Assembly: GCF_003334305.1 (NCBI RefSeq)
Contig: NZ_QOWS01000003.1
DNA length: 64,000 nucleotides
DNA from: Escherichia coli
GTDB lineage: Bacteria > Pseudomonadota > Gammaproteobacteria > Enterobacterales > Enterobacteriaceae
Direction: 5' to 3' (one strand)
The position numbers were made by a program, and so were the translations under genes. This document shows positions 22,604 through 35,965 of this stretch, piece by piece (the stretch's first letter is position 1; each line of letters opens with the position of its first letter). Under the pieces are notes generated by a model that worked only from the letters and a program-made list of their open reading frames with translations, had not been told where the DNA came from and made no database searches.

Positions 22604-23800
22604 ATGGCTCAAGTTATTAATGAAATGGATGTTCCGTCCCATTCGTTTGTTTTTCATGGTACAGGTGAGAGATATTTTCTTATTTGTGTGGTGAATGTGT
22701 TGTTAACGATTATAACGCTAGGTATCTATTTGCCATGGGCATTAATGAAATGTAAGCGTTATCTCTATGCTAATATGGAAGTTAACGGACAACGATTTTC
22801 TTATGGAATTACTGGTGGGAATGTTTTTGTTAGTTGTCTTGTTTTTGTTTTTTGCTATTTCGCAATCTTAATGACAGTGTCAGCAGATATGCCACTTGTT
22901 GGCTGTGTTTTGACTTTGTTACTGTTGGTTTTGCTTATATTTATGGCAGCAAAAGGACTGCGTTATCAGGCCTTGATGACCAGTCTCAACGGCGTAAGAT
23001 TTAGTTTTAATTGCTCTATGAAAGGGTTCTGGTGGGTAACCTTTTTCTTGCCGATTTTAATGGCCATTGGGATGGGGACTGTTTTCTTTATCTCGACAAA
23101 GATGCTACATGCCAATAGTTCAAGTAGTGTTATTATATCTGTGGTTCTGATGGCAATAGTTGGTATTGTTTCCATTGGTATTTTTAATGGTACTTTATAT
23201 AGCCTGGTAATGAGTTTTCTCTGGAGCAATACCAGTTTCGGTATACATCGTTTCAAGGTGAAATTAGATACTACGTATTGTATAAAATATGCCATTCTCG
23301 CATTTTTAGCTTTATTACCTTTTCTCGCTGTTGCTGGTTATATTATCTTCGATCAAATATTAAATGCGTATGATAGTTCTGTGTATGCAAATGATGATAT
23401 TGAGAATTTACAGCAATTTATGGAAATGCAACGTAAAATGATAATCGCGCAGTTAATCTATTATTTTGGGATTGCTGTTAGCACCAGTTATTTAACGGTG
23501 TCGTTGCGAAATCATTTTATGAGCAACCTGTCACTGAATGATGGGCGTATTCGTTTTCGCTCAACTTTAACGTACCACGGTATGCTTTATCGCATGTGTG
23601 CGTTGGTGGTGATATCCGGGATTACGGGCGGTCTGGCTTATCCACTGCTGAAAATATGGATGATTGACTGGCAGGCAAAAAATACGTATTTGCTGGGCGA
23701 TTTGGATGACCTTCCTTTAATCAATAAAGAAGAACAACCAGATAAAGGCTTCTTAGCCAGGATTTCACGGGGAATTATGCCTTCTTTACCATTTCTGTAA
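22604..23800 (+). CDS. yjgN: DUF898 inner-membrane protein YjgN
   Basis: About 398-aa AT-rich polytopic membrane ORF; start set at MAQVINEMDV. Confidence 0.8.
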   Translation: MAQVINEMDVPSHSFVFHGTGERYFLICVVNVLLTIITLGIYLPWALMKCKRYLYANMEVNGQRFSYGITGGNVFVSCLVFVFCYFAILMTVSADMPLVGCVLTLLLLVLLIFMAAKGLRYQALMTSLNGVRFSFNCSMKGFWWVTFFLPILMAIGMGTVFFISTKMLHANSSSSVIISVVLMAIVGIVSIGIFNGTLYSLVMSFLWSNTSFGIHRFKVKLDTTYCIKYAILAFLALLPFLAVAGYIIFDQILNAYDSSVYANDDIENLQQFMEMQRKMIIAQLIYYFGIAVSTSYLTVSLRNHFMSNLSLNDGRIRFRSTLTYHGMLYRMCALVVISGITGGLAYPLLKIWMIDWQAKNTYLLGDLDDLPLINKEEQPDKGFLARISRGIMPSLPFL

Positions 23801-23803
23801 GAG

Positions 23804-23840
23804 ATAAAAAAGGCCGGAGCATGCTCCGGCCTTCGTTTTC
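23804..23840. terminator. Bidirectional rho-independent terminator between yjgN and valS
   Basis: Perfect hairpin GGCCGGAGCATGCTCCGGCC flanked by A-run and T-run. Confidence 0.65.
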
Positions 23841-23855
23841 ATTACTGTGTTTTGA

Positions 23856-26711
23856 TTACAGCGCGGCGATAACAGCCTGCTGTTCAATCAGCTTCGCTTT
23901 CGCTTCTGCATAGCCTTCCAGCTTTTCACGCTCTTTCGCGATGACCGCTTCCGGTGCGCGGGCGACAAAGCCTTCATTCGCCAGCTTGTTCTCGATACGG
24001 CTGATTTCGCCTTCGATCTTCGCCACTTCTTTCGCCAGACGCGCCAGCTCATCTTCTTTGTTGATGAGGCCAGCCATCGGGATCAGCAGCTCTGCGCCGT
24101 CGATGATCTTAGTAACGGAAACCGGACCTTTGTCATCGGCAGGCAGCACGGTGATGCTTTCCAGACGCGCCAGCGTTTGCAGGAAGCCACGGTTTTCATT
24201 TACGCGACGTTCTGCATCCGCGCTGCAACCACGCAGTAGCAGCTCCAGCGGTTTGCCCGGCGCGATGTTCATTTCTGCACGGATGTTACGTACCGCAACG
24301 ATCGCCTGCTTCAGCCACTCTGTGTCGGCCAGTGCGGCTTCATCAACCTGAGATGCATCGTACTGCGGGAACGGCTGCAGCATGATGGTGTCGGCAGTGA
24401 TACCGCAAAGTACTTTCACACGCTGCCAGATGGTTTCGGTGATGAACGGAATGATCGGATGCGCGAGGCGCAGCAGACCTTCCAGCACGGTCACCAGCGT
24501 ATGGCGAGTACCGCGCAGTTCGGCTTCGGTGCCACCGTTCATTACCGGCTTAGTCAGTTCCAGATACCAGTCACAGAACTGGTTCCAGGTGAACTCATAC
24601 AGAATGCCTGCGGCGATATCGAAGCGGAAGCTGTCCAGCGCTTCGCGGTACGCTTTGATGGTCTGGTTGAACTCCGCCAGAATCCAGCGATCCGCCAGCG
24701 ACAGCGTCATTTCGCCGCCGTTGAAGCCGCAATCCTGACCTTCTGTGTTCATCAGCACAAAGCGGCTGGCGTTCCACAGCTTGTTACAGAAGTTACGGTA
24801 ACCTTCCAGGCGTTTCATATCCCAGTTGATATCGCGACCGGTAGAAGCCAGCGCCGCCAGGGTGAAGCGCAGCGCGTCAGTACCGTGCGGTTCAATACCG
24901 TTCGGGAACTGCTTCTCGGTGCGCTTACGGATTTTGTCCGCCAGCTGTGGCTGCATCATATTGCCGGTGCGTTTTTCCAGCAGTTCTGGCAGCGAAATAC
25001 CGTCAACCATATCCAGTGGGTCAATAACGTTACCCTTGGATTTGGACATCTTCTGGCCTTCGTCGTCACGAATCAGGCCGGTCATGTAAACAGTGTGGAA
25101 CGGCACCTGCGGTTTGCCATTTTCATCTTTGATGAAGTGCATGGTCATCATGATCATGCGGGCAATCCAGAAGAAGATGATGTCGAAACCAGATACCATC
25201 ACGCTGGTTGGGTGGAACTGACGCAGGGCGTCGGTATTTTCCGGCCAGCCAAGGGTAGAGAAGGTCCACAGCGCAGAAGAGAACCAGGTGTCGAGAACGT
25301 CTTCGTCCTGACGCAGGACAACATCAGCACCGAGGTTATTTTCTTTACGCACTTCGTCTTCGTTGCGGCCAACATAAACGTTACCCGCTTCGTCATACCA
25401 TGCCGGGATACGGTGACCCCACCACAACTGACGAGAGATACACCAGTCCTGAATATCGCGCATCCAGGAGAAGTACATGTTTTCGTACTGCTTCGGTACG
25501 AACTGAATGTCGCCGTTCTCAACCGCTTCAACTGCCGGTTTCGCCAGGACATCGGCACGCACGTACCACTGGTCGGTCAGCATCGGTTCGATGACCACGC
25601 CACCACGGTCGCCATAAGGAACGGTCAGGTCATGTGGTTTAATTTCTTCCAGCAGGCCGAGTGCGTCAACCGCAGCAACGACCGCTTTACGTGCAGCAAA
25701 ACGCTCCAGTTTCTGGAATTCTGCGGGGATCTCGCTGGAATAAACGTCAGATTCGTTACCTTTGGTATCGAACACCTGGGCACTTTCACGGATATCGCCG
25801 TCAAAGGTCAGGATGTTGATCATCGGCAGGGCGTGACGTTTACCGACTTCATAGTCGTTAAAGTCGTGCGCCGGGGTGATCTTCACGCAGCCGGTGCCTT
25901 TTTCCATGTCGGCGTGTTCGTCGCCAACGATCGGAATACGACGGTTAACCAGCGGCAGAATGACATATTTGCCAATCAGATCTTTGTAACGCGGATCTTC
26001 CGGGTTAACGGCCACGCCGGTATCGCCCAGCAGGGTTTCCGGACGAGTAGTCGCAACCACCAGATAATCTTTACCATCTGCGGTTTTCGCGCCGTCAGCC
26101 AGCGGATAGCGGATGTGCCACATCGAACCTTTCGATTCGCGGTTTTCCACTTCCAGGTCAGAGATAGCGGTGCGCAGTTTCGGATCCCAGTTTACCAGGC
26201 GTTTGCCACGGTAAATCAGGTCTTCTTTATACAGACGAACGAAAACTTCTTTCACCGCATTGGACAGGCCTTCGTCCATGGTGAAGCGTTCACGCTCCCA
26301 GTCCACGGAGTTGCCGAGACGGCGCATCTGACGGGTAATGGTGCCGCCGGATTCCGCTTTCCATTCCCAGATTTTGTCGATGAAAGCTTCGCGGCCGTAG
26401 TCGTGACGGGTTTTACCTTCTTCTGCGGCAATCTTGCGCTCAACGACCATCTGGGTAGCGATCCCTGCGTGGTCAGTACCGACCTGCCACAGGGTGTTTT
26501 TGCCCTGCATGCGCTGATAGCGGATCATGGTATCCATGATGGTTTGCTGGAAGGCGTGACCCATATGCAAACTGCCGGTGACGTTCGGCGGCGGGATCAT
26601 GATGCAGAAACTTTCCTGGCTTTCATCGCCATTAGGCTTAAAGTAGCCCTGCTTTTCCCAGTGCTCGTAAAGCGGCTGTTCGATATCTTGTGGGTTATAT
26701 GTCTTTTCCAT
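23856..26711 (-). CDS. valS: Valine--tRNA ligase
   Basis: 951-aa ORF with class I synthetase HIGH (HMGH) and KMSKS motifs. Confidence 0.96.
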   Translation of the reverse strand: MEKTYNPQDIEQPLYEHWEKQGYFKPNGDESQESFCIMIPPPNVTGSLHMGHAFQQTIMDTMIRYQRMQGKNTLWQVGTDHAGIATQMVVERKIAAEEGKTRHDYGREAFIDKIWEWKAESGGTITRQMRRLGNSVDWERERFTMDEGLSNAVKEVFVRLYKEDLIYRGKRLVNWDPKLRTAISDLEVENRESKGSMWHIRYPLADGAKTADGKDYLVVATTRPETLLGDTGVAVNPEDPRYKDLIGKYVILPLVNRRIPIVGDEHADMEKGTGCVKITPAHDFNDYEVGKRHALPMINILTFDGDIRESAQVFDTKGNESDVYSSEIPAEFQKLERFAARKAVVAAVDALGLLEEIKPHDLTVPYGDRGGVVIEPMLTDQWYVRADVLAKPAVEAVENGDIQFVPKQYENMYFSWMRDIQDWCISRQLWWGHRIPAWYDEAGNVYVGRNEDEVRKENNLGADVVLRQDEDVLDTWFSSALWTFSTLGWPENTDALRQFHPTSVMVSGFDIIFFWIARMIMMTMHFIKDENGKPQVPFHTVYMTGLIRDDEGQKMSKSKGNVIDPLDMVDGISLPELLEKRTGNMMQPQLADKIRKRTEKQFPNGIEPHGTDALRFTLAALASTGRDINWDMKRLEGYRNFCNKLWNASRFVLMNTEGQDCGFNGGEMTLSLADRWILAEFNQTIKAYREALDSFRFDIAAGILYEFTWNQFCDWYLELTKPVMNGGTEAELRGTRHTLVTVLEGLLRLAHPIIPFITETIWQRVKVLCGITADTIMLQPFPQYDASQVDEAALADTEWLKQAIVAVRNIRAEMNIAPGKPLELLLRGCSADAERRVNENRGFLQTLARLESITVLPADDKGPVSVTKIIDGAELLIPMAGLINKEDELARLAKEVAKIEGEISRIENKLANEGFVARAPEAVIAKEREKLEGYAEAKAKLIEQQAVIAAL

Positions 26712-27154
26712 TATTTCCAGGTTGCCGTATTCAGGTTGAAACCAGCCACGCGGTAGGCTTTATAGCGTTCGCGCGCCAGTTGTTTCAGAGAATCTTCATA
26801 AGGAACGAAGTCTACCACTTCTGTGAAAGCGGTGGCAAAATCTGCAAAGCTTGTTCGCAGACTAATCAATATATCGCGCGGGCTGCTGCTGCGTTTTTGC
26901 GGCCAGGCGATCTCCACCGGCGCACCGCCGCGCGGTCCTTCTCCCGCTAAATTATGCGGAACAAAGCTTTCTGCCGGACGCGCCCACAGGGCTTCATCCA
27001 GCCGGTAAGCCTGCTTTTCATCTTCACAGGCGATGAGCACGCGCTTACCACTGCGCCAACGTTCTGCGGCAATTTCACACACCAGCTGCTCAACGGCGCT
27101 TAAGCCATCGACGGTGGTGTCATTGTCCAGAAGGTAGAACGTCGCGTTTTTCAT
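26711..27154 (-). CDS. holC: DNA polymerase III chi subunit
   Basis: 147-aa protein starting MKNATFYLL; its stop overlaps the valS start by 1 nt. Confidence 0.9.
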   Translation of the reverse strand: MKNATFYLLDNDTTVDGLSAVEQLVCEIAAERWRSGKRVLIACEDEKQAYRLDEALWARPAESFVPHNLAGEGPRGGAPVEIAWPQKRSSSPRDILISLRTSFADFATAFTEVVDFVPYEDSLKQLARERYKAYRVAGFNLNTATWK

Positions 27155-27242
27155 AAATGGGGCTTCTTGTGGTGGATTTAAATATTGCTGCATTCCTCAC
27201 CCTAAAAGATGAGCAATGAATTTCTATTGCGCTCGATCGGTT

Positions 27243-27275
27243 CCCTCTCCCTTAGGGAGAGGGTTAGGGTGAGGG
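27243..27275. repeat. Small intergenic palindromic repeat (boxC-like, name from memory), core GGGAGAGGGTTAGGGTGAGGG
   Basis: Palindrome CCCTCTCCC-TTAG-GGAGAGGG; near-identical copy at 31312..31348. Confidence 0.45.
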
Positions 27276-27287
27276 TAAAACGCAAAC

Positions 27288-28802
<1,515 letters not shown>

Positions 28803-29065
28803 CTACGCTCCTGAATCTTAAAGACAACGGCGGTGGCTACAGATAGAATTGCAAGCTTTCGTAACTCATGTCCGCTGTTGCGATGACTTCGTGTTAATCT
28901 TAACGTTATTACGGCATTGGCACGTCAGAACAAAATCTGAGAGGTGAATCCGTTGAGTATAATTATCTTAGCGACGATTTCGACGACTCAAGAGAATAAA
29001 TGACGTTTAAGCCATGAAACAAGCTAAAATCCTGCAAAAGACGAGTTTTTACGGGCGTATTTAAA

Positions 29066-30166
29066 GTGATAATCATAAGATATCTGGTGCGGGAGACGCT
29101 CAAAAGCCAGCTGGCGATACTCTTCATCTTGCTTTTGATCTTCTTCTGTCAAAAGTTAGTGAGGATCCTCGGCGCAGCGGTTGACGGCGATATTCCGGCG
29201 AATCTGGTGCTCTCCCTTCTCGGGTTGGGCGTGCCGGAAATGGCGCAGCTTATCCTGCCATTAAGCCTGTTCCTCGGGCTGCTGATGACGCTGGGCAAAC
29301 TGTATACCGAAAGTGAAATTACGGTAATGCATGCCTGCGGCCTGAGCAAAGCGGTTCTGGTGAAAGCGGCAATGATCCTTGCGGTATTCACGGCAATCGT
29401 CGCGGCGGTTAACGTGATGTGGGCGGGACCGTGGTCATCGCGTCATCAGGATGAAGTGTTAGCAGAAGCGAAAGCGAACCCTGGCATGGCGGCGCTGGCG
29501 CAAGGGCAATTCCAGCAAGCGACTAATGGCAGTTCGGTGCTGTTCATCGAAAGCGTTGACGGCAGCGATTTCAAAGATGTGTTCCTCGCGCAAATTCGAC
29601 CAAAAGGTAATGCACGTCCTTCTGTGGTGGTGGCCGATTCCGGACATTTAACCCAGATGCGCGACGGCTCCCAGGTCGTCACTCTCAACCAGGGAACGCG
29701 CTTCGAAGGCACTGCACTGTTACGTGATTTCCGCATTACGGACTTCCAGGATTATCAGGCGATCATTGGTCACCAGGCGGTGGCGCTCGACCCGAACGAT
29801 ACCGACCAGATGGACATGCGTACATTGTGGAACACTGACACCGATCGTGCCCGCGCAGAACTGAACTGGCGTATCACGTTGGTATTCACCGTGTTTATGA
29901 TGGCACTTATGGTCGTACCGCTGAGCGTGGTTAACCCACGTCAGGGACGCGTACTGTCGATGCTGCCAGCCATGCTGCTGTATCTACTTTTCTTCCTGAT
30001 CCAGACCTCCCTGAAATCGAACGGCGGTAAAGGTAAGCTGGACCCGACGCTGTGGATGTGGACCGTTAACCTGATTTATCTGGCTTTGGCGATTGTTCTC
30101 AACCTTTGGGACACCGTGCCGGTCCGCCGCCTGCGCGCCAGTTTTTCGCGTAAAGGAGCGGTGTGA
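29066..30166 (+). CDS. lptF: LPS export ABC permease LptF
   Basis: 366-aa membrane ORF, recognised sequence. Confidence 0.93.
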   Translation: MIIIRYLVRETLKSQLAILFILLLIFFCQKLVRILGAAVDGDIPANLVLSLLGLGVPEMAQLILPLSLFLGLLMTLGKLYTESEITVMHACGLSKAVLVKAAMILAVFTAIVAAVNVMWAGPWSSRHQDEVLAEAKANPGMAALAQGQFQQATNGSSVLFIESVDGSDFKDVFLAQIRPKGNARPSVVVADSGHLTQMRDGSQVVTLNQGTRFEGTALLRDFRITDFQDYQAIIGHQAVALDPNDTDQMDMRTLWNTDTDRARAELNWRITLVFTVFMMALMVVPLSVVNPRQGRVLSMLPAMLLYLLFFLIQTSLKSNGGKGKLDPTLWMWTVNLIYLALAIVLNLWDTVPVRRLRASFSRKGAV

Positions 30167-31248
30167 TGCAACCTTTTGGCGTACTTGACCGCTATATCGG
30201 TAAAACTATTTTCACCACCATCATGATGACGCTGTTCATGCTGGTGTCGCTGTCGGGCATTATCAAGTTTGTCGATCAGCTGAAAAAAGCCGGGCAGGGG
30301 AGTTACGACGCGTTAGGCGCAGGAATGTATACCTTGCTGAGCGTGCCGAAAGATGTGCAAATCTTCTTCCCGATGGCAGCTCTGCTTGGGGCGTTGCTTG
30401 GTCTTGGGATGCTGGCGCAGCGCAGCGAACTGGTGGTGATGCAGGCTTCTGGTTTCACCCGTATGCAGGTTGCGCTGTCGGTGATGAAAACCGCCATTCC
30501 GCTAGTCTTGCTGACGATGGCGATTGGTGAATGGGTCGCGCCGCAGGGCGAGCAGATGGCGCGTAACTACCGTGCGCAGGCGATGTACGGCGGCTCGTTG
30601 CTCTCTACCCAGCAAGGCTTATGGGCGAAAGATGGCAACAACTTCGTCTACATTGAGCGGGTTAAAGGTGACGAAGAGTTAGGTGGCATCAGCATTTATG
30701 CCTTTAACGAAAATCGTCGTCTGCAATCCGTACGCTATGCCGCTACTGCGAAGTTTGACCCGGAACATAAAGTCTGGCGTCTGTCGCAGGTTGATGAATC
30801 TGATCTGACCAATCCGAAACAGATCACCGGTTCGCAGACGGTGAGCGGCACCTGGAAAACCAACCTCACGCCAGACAAACTGGGCGTGGTGGCGCTGGAC
30901 CCGGATGCACTCTCAATCAGCGGTTTGCACAACTACGTGAAGTATCTGAAGTCGAGCGGTCAGGACGCTGGACGTTATCAGCTCAACATGTGGAGCAAAA
31001 TCTTCCAGCCGCTATCCGTGGCGGTGATGATGCTGATGGCGCTGTCGTTCATCTTTGGCCCACTGCGTAGCGTACCGATGGGCGTGCGTGTGGTCACCGG
31101 TATCAGCTTCGGTTTTGTCTTCTACGTACTGGACCAGATCTTCGGCCCGCTGACGTTGGTTTATGGCATCCCGCCGATCATCGGCGCACTGTTGCCAAGC
31201 GCCAGCTTCTTCTTAATCAGCCTGTGGCTGTTAATGAGAAAATCGTAA
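30166..31248 (+). CDS. lptG: LPS export ABC permease LptG
   Basis: 360-aa membrane ORF; ATG overlaps the lptF stop (TGATG). Confidence 0.92.
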   Translation: MQPFGVLDRYIGKTIFTTIMMTLFMLVSLSGIIKFVDQLKKAGQGSYDALGAGMYTLLSVPKDVQIFFPMAALLGALLGLGMLAQRSELVVMQASGFTRMQVALSVMKTAIPLVLLTMAIGEWVAPQGEQMARNYRAQAMYGGSLLSTQQGLWAKDGNNFVYIERVKGDEELGGISIYAFNENRRLQSVRYAATAKFDPEHKVWRLSQVDESDLTNPKQITGSQTVSGTWKTNLTPDKLGVVALDPDALSISGLHNYVKYLKSSGQDAGRYQLNMWSKIFQPLSVAVMMLMALSFIFGPLRSVPMGVRVVTGISFGFVFYVLDQIFGPLTLVYGIPPIIGALLPSASFFLISLWLLMRKS

Positions 31249-31311
31249 CCAAGCAAGGGAGCGAAAGCTCCCTTTCACATTGTTGATAAAGTCAAATACG
31301 AGTTCGATCGG

Positions 31312-31348
31312 TCCCCTCGCCCCTTTGGGGAGAGGGTTAGGGTGAGGG
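31312..31348. repeat. Second copy of the boxC-like palindromic repeat
   Basis: Same GGGAGAGGGTTAGGGTGAGGG core as at 27243..27275. Confidence 0.45.
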
Positions 31349-31366
31349 GCACAGACCGCACCTGAC

Positions 31367-32869
31367 TTACCTTCTTCTTCCCCCCAGCAAACTCCCCAAC
31401 ATCCCGCGTACAATCTGATTCGTCACCTGGCGGGCGGCGCTTTTCGCCATTGTTTGCACCACACCATCTTTCTTCCCGCCGCGTGGTCCGGTAGTGCCAA
31501 ACAAAATATCCTTTAATCCACCAAGAATGCCGTCATCCACCGCCACCTCTTTCCCTTTCGCGGGGGGATTATTTTGCTGCTCGGCGCTTGCCTGTACGCC
31601 TTTTTGCAACATCTCATAGGCGGATTCCCGGTCCACCTCATCCTCGTACTTGCCATACACCGGAGAGTGATTAATCAAGCCATTACGCTCATCTTCCGTC
31701 ACCGGTCCCATCCGCGAACAAGGCGCAATCACCATCGCCCGTTCCACCACTGAAGGACTTCCTTTCACATCAAGAAACGAGATTAACGCCTCGCCGGTCC
31801 CCAGTTCCTGGATTGCCTTTTCGGTATCAAATGCCGGATTGGCCCGCATGGTTTGCGCCGCAGCTTTTACCGCTTTCTGATCTTTGGGCGTAAAAGCCCG
31901 CAAAGCGTGTTGAACGCGATTACCGAGCTGCCCGAGCACATTATCCGGAATATCAGACGGGTTTTGCGAAACGAACCAGACGCCTACGCCTTTTGAGCGA
32001 ATAAGCCGTATCACCTGCTCAATCTTATCCAGCAGTACCTGCGGTGCATCGTTAAACAGCAGATGTGCCTCGTCGAAGAAAAACACCAGTTTTGGTTTCT
32101 CCAGATCGCCCGCTTCCGGCAATTGTTCATACAACTCTGAAAGCATCCACAGCAGGCTGGCGGCGTACAGTTTCGGCATCTGATAAAGCTTCTCGGCGCT
32201 GAGGATATTGATAACGCCTTTACCGTTGGTATCGGTGCGCATCCAGTCTTTGATATCCAGCATCGGCTCGCCAAAGAAGTGTGCTGCGCCTTGCTGTTCC
32301 AGCGACAACAGTCCGCGCTGGATGGCACCAACCGATGCGCTACTGATATTACCGTACTGATTCTGGAAAGATTTGGCGTTATCGCCGATGTACTGGGTAA
32401 TCGCCCGCAGATCTTTAAAGTCGAGCAGCAACAATCCCTGATCGTCAGCAATACGGAAGATGATATTCAGCACGCCAGATTGCACATCGTTGAGATTCAA
32501 CAGCCGCGCCAGCAACAGCGGCCCCAGATCCGAAACCGTCGCCCGCACCGGATGGCCTTTCTCGCCAAAGATATCCCACACCACCACCGGATTAGCATGC
32601 GGTTGCCAGTCATTGACGCCGATATTTTTAAGCCTTGCGAGTAGTTTTTCCGATGCCGTTCCTGCCTGCGCGATGCCGGTCAGATCGCCTTTCACATCGG
32701 CCATAAACACCGGAACACCGATTTCCGATAGAGACTCCGCCAGTTTTTGCAGCGTGACAGTTTTACCCGTCCCCGTTGCGCCAGTAATCAGCCCGTGACG
32801 GTTAGCCATTCCCGGCAGTAAAAACAGTTCTGTGTCCGGCGTGCGGGCAATTAACAGGGGTTCGCTCAT
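31367..32869 (-). CDS. yjgR: DUF853 P-loop ATPase YjgR
   Basis: About 500-aa ORF with Walker A GATGTGKT; start set at MSEPLLIAR. Confidence 0.85.
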   Translation of the reverse strand: MSEPLLIARTPDTELFLLPGMANRHGLITGATGTGKTVTLQKLAESLSEIGVPVFMADVKGDLTGIAQAGTASEKLLARLKNIGVNDWQPHANPVVVWDIFGEKGHPVRATVSDLGPLLLARLLNLNDVQSGVLNIIFRIADDQGLLLLDFKDLRAITQYIGDNAKSFQNQYGNISSASVGAIQRGLLSLEQQGAAHFFGEPMLDIKDWMRTDTNGKGVINILSAEKLYQMPKLYAASLLWMLSELYEQLPEAGDLEKPKLVFFFDEAHLLFNDAPQVLLDKIEQVIRLIRSKGVGVWFVSQNPSDIPDNVLGQLGNRVQHALRAFTPKDQKAVKAAAQTMRANPAFDTEKAIQELGTGEALISFLDVKGSPSVVERAMVIAPCSRMGPVTEDERNGLINHSPVYGKYEDEVDRESAYEMLQKGVQASAEQQNNPPAKGKEVAVDDGILGGLKDILFGTTGPRGGKKDGVVQTMAKSAARQVTNQIVRGMLGSLLGGRRR

Positions 32870-32998
32870 GAGATATCCTCCAGTTTCCTGCCTGGAGTAT
32901 AGGCAACGGCTGTGCACTCTTCACCGCTAAATTCAGCAGATTGCGAGACGCCTTCCAAAGAGATTTAAGTGCCGGGCGACAGGCACCCGGCAAAGGGA

Positions 32999-34018
32999 TC
33001 AGAAGTCGGCTTTCAGAACCACGCGATAACGCGCCTTACCGTCGCGCACATGCTGGATGGCGTCGTTAATTTTCGACATCGGGAACAGTTCGGTGGTCGG
33101 CGCAACCTTGCTGCGGGCGGCAAAACGCATCAGCTTACGCAGCTCATAAGGTGTGCCGGTTGCTGAACCAGAGACGCTGCGGTCGCCCGCAATTAACGTA
33201 AAGGCCGGAACAGACAGCGGCGTGAGAACCGCACCGACCGTATGGAAATTACCGCCATAGGTCAGCGCCTCAAAATAAGGCTGCCAGTCGAGGCTGACGT
33301 TGACGGTGTTGATAATGAGATCAAACTGCCCCGCCAGTGCTTTCAGTGCCTGCGGATCGCGGCTATTCACCACTTTATCGGCACCCATCGCCAGCACTTC
33401 CTGCTCTTTCGCCGGATTAGAACTAAAGGCTGTCACCTCGCATCCCATTGCGTGCAGAAGTTTTATAGCGATATGCCCCAGCCCGCCAATACCAATTACC
33501 CCAACGCGGCTGGTGGCAGTGATATGGTGCATCAACAGTGGTTTAAAGACCGTGATACCGCCGCACAACAGCGGCCCGGCAGACTCGATATCAATATTTT
33601 CTGGCAGCGGAATCACCCATTGCCAGTCCGCACGCAACTTCTCGGCAAAACCGCCGCGATTCATAATTGTTGGCACCGCACCTTGCTCGCAGTTGATCTG
33701 ATTACCGCTAATACAGGCATCGCAATGCCCGCAGCTGCGTGCCGTCCAGCCAATCCCGACACGCTGACCGACCTGCAAACCTTTATCCTGTGCGGCGCTC
33801 CCGAGCGCCACCACGCGACCAATCACCTCATGCCCGGCAACCAGCGGATACTGTGAAAATCCCCATTCGTTGTCGATCATCGACAGATCGGAATGGCAGA
33901 TCCCGCAGTAATCCACCTGCACTTCAACATCTTGTGGCTTCAGTTCACCGGGATCGTACTCATAAACTTCCAGTTCGCCGCCCGCTTCTTTTGCGGCATA
34001 GCATTTTATCATCGACAT
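32999..34018 (-). CDS. ahr: NADPH-dependent aldehyde reductase (zinc-type alcohol dehydrogenase)
   Basis: 339-aa ORF with GHEVIG zinc-ADH motif and GIGGLGH Rossmann motif; start set at MSMIK. Confidence 0.9.
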   Translation of the reverse strand: MSMIKCYAAKEAGGELEVYEYDPGELKPQDVEVQVDYCGICHSDLSMIDNEWGFSQYPLVAGHEVIGRVVALGSAAQDKGLQVGQRVGIGWTARSCGHCDACISGNQINCEQGAVPTIMNRGGFAEKLRADWQWVIPLPENIDIESAGPLLCGGITVFKPLLMHHITATSRVGVIGIGGLGHIAIKLLHAMGCEVTAFSSNPAKEQEVLAMGADKVVNSRDPQALKALAGQFDLIINTVNVSLDWQPYFEALTYGGNFHTVGAVLTPLSVPAFTLIAGDRSVSGSATGTPYELRKLMRFAARSKVAPTTELFPMSKINDAIQHVRDGKARYRVVLKADF

Positions 34019-34213
34019 TTTTTGATCCTTCTCTGGTGTTGTCTGGGAAGTGTAGAGCATGGCAGGGCGGGGTGCCTGGAGTGTGACAAAGGTTACACAT
34101 CGCTGTATGCAATGCTGAAAATTTCAGCACTTAGCGAAGTGGGAGCAAGCTGGCGCTTGCATGGTGGCGTGCGCTAGGTATAATCCACAACGTTTTCCGC
34201 ATACCTCTTCAGT

Positions 34214-34298
34214 GCCGAAGTGGCGAAATCGGTAGACGCAGTTGATTCAAAATCAACCGTAGAAATACGTGCCGGTTCGAGTCCGGCCTTCGGCACCA
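34214..34298 (+). tRNA. leuX: tRNA-Leu (anticodon CAA)
   Basis: 85-nt sequence GCCGAAGTGGCGAAATCGGTAGACGCAGTTGATTCAAAATCAACC...GGTTCGAGTCCGGCCTTCGGCACCA with long variable arm and encoded CCA. Confidence 0.92.
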
Positions 34299-34310
34299 CA
34301 TCGTATGCAA

Positions 34311-34340
34311 ATCGAGTCGCTCAAGGGCGGCTTTTTTTGT
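34311..34340 (+). terminator. Probable leuX terminator (imperfect hairpin followed by T7)
   Basis: GC-rich imperfect hairpin followed by TTTTTTT at 34333-34339. Confidence 0.45.
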
Positions 34341-34499
34341 GCCTGAAATCCAGTATCCGCAAGGCTTTCCTCGCTTTTTCACTCAACCTAAGTCAACCTG
34401 ATTCAATCTACATCAACTTACTGATGCGGGTACAACTGCGGGTATTTCCCGGTTCGATTATGTTTGTACCCACACAGGGCCCTTGAAAGGATACTCATC

Positions 34500-35764
34500 A
34501 TGGCTCTGAGTGATGTGAAGGTCCGTTCGGCTAAGCCGGAAGCAAAAGCCTATAAACTTACTGACGGTGAAGGCATGGTTTTGTTGGTCACCCTAATGGC
34601 TCCAAATACTGGCGACTTCGTTATCGTTTTGGCGGTAAGGAGAAGATGCTGGCGCTGGGGAAATACCCTGAAGTCTCGCTGGTCGATGCCAGAGGTCGCC
34701 GGGATGAAGCCCGTAAGTTGTTAGCTAACGGCGTCGATCCTAGTGAGAACAAGAAAGCTGTTAAGGTAGAGCATGAGCAAGAGGTGATAACGTTTGAAGT
34801 GGTAGCCAGAGAGTGGCACGCCAGCAATCAGAAGTGGTCTGCATCGCATAGCGCTCGTGTATTGAAAAGCCTCGAAGATAATCTCTTTGCTGCTATCGGT
34901 AAGCGGAACATTGCTGATCTGAAGACTCGGGATCTGCTTGTCCCCATCAAAGCGGTGGAGTCGTCTGGGCGTCTCGAAGTCGCTGCTCGTTTGCAGCAGC
35001 ATACTACCGCGATTATACGCTTTGCTGTACACAGTGGATTAATCGACTACAACCCCGCTCAAGAGATTGCTGGTGCGGTTGCTACGGCGAAAAGACAGCA
35101 TCGTGCTGCTCTGGAACTTAACCGCATTCCTGAATTGCTTCAACGCATCTATCACTATTCTGGCAGGCCGTTAACCCGACTGGCGGTTGAACTCACATTG
35201 TTAGTTTTCATCCGTTCAAGCGAGTTGCGTTTTGCTCGCTGGTCAGAAGTTGATTTTGATACTGCCATGTGGACGATTCCGGGAGAACGTGAGCCACTGG
35301 AGGGAGTTAAGCATTCTCAGCGTGGTTCGAAGATGCGGACTCCACATCTTGTACCCTTATCTCGACAAGCTCTCACCATTCTGGAAAAAATCAAAAGCAT
35401 GAGTGGAAACCGTGAGCTGATCTTCGTTGGTGATCACGATCCGCGTAAGCCAATGAGTGAGAATACGCTTAACAAGGCCTTGCGAGTGATGGGCTATGAC
35501 ACGAAAACGGAAGTGTGTGGACATGGTTTCAGGACGATGGCGTGTAGTTCTTTGATTGAATCGGGATTGTGGTCGAGGGATGCAGTAGAGCGGCAGATGA
35601 GTCATCAGGAACGTAGCTCAGTACGGGCGGCTTATATCCATAAGGCGGAACATCTTGGGGAGCGAATGTTGATGCTGCAGTGGTGGGCTGATTATCTGGA
35701 TGCGAATAGAATGGCGGCTATCACTCCATTTGACTATGCAAAGATTAATAGTTCTTTTCGATAA
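34500..35764 (+). pseudogene. P4-type tyrosine integrase, frameshifted near the N-terminus
   Basis: N-terminal MALSDVKVRSAKPEAKAYKLTDGEGMVLLVT is in frame 3 and the rest (from ...YRFGGKEKMLALGKYPEVSLVDAR) is in frame 2; join is at a CCC run near 34591-34593; C-terminal catalytic region (HGFR...R...Y) is intact. Confidence 0.75.
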
Positions 35765-35816
35765 TTCTATCTAAGTATATGAATATTAACTGTTTTTTAA
35801 TTAAAGGCTTATAACT

Positions 35817-35850
35817 GAGAAGCCTCCGCCCTAATGGGGAGAGGCTTTTG
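35817..35850 (+). terminator. Rho-independent terminator after the integrase gene
   Basis: Hairpin AGCCTCCGCCCTAATGGGGAGAGGCT followed by TTTTG. Confidence 0.5.
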
Positions 35851-35965
35851 TCTTAACTCAATCAAGAAGGAAATCGTTATGTAAAACTTTATTTTTTTGT
35901 CCGGTATGTGAACGGAAGTGTTAAATATCCACTATGCCTTGTTCGCGCAATGGTCATCCTTTCAA

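Noticed and set aside
24459-26756. 765-aa plus-strand ORF
   Set aside because: Antisense to valS (recognised by HIGH/KMSKS motifs); low-complexity translation with no recognisable domain; treated as a shadow ORF.
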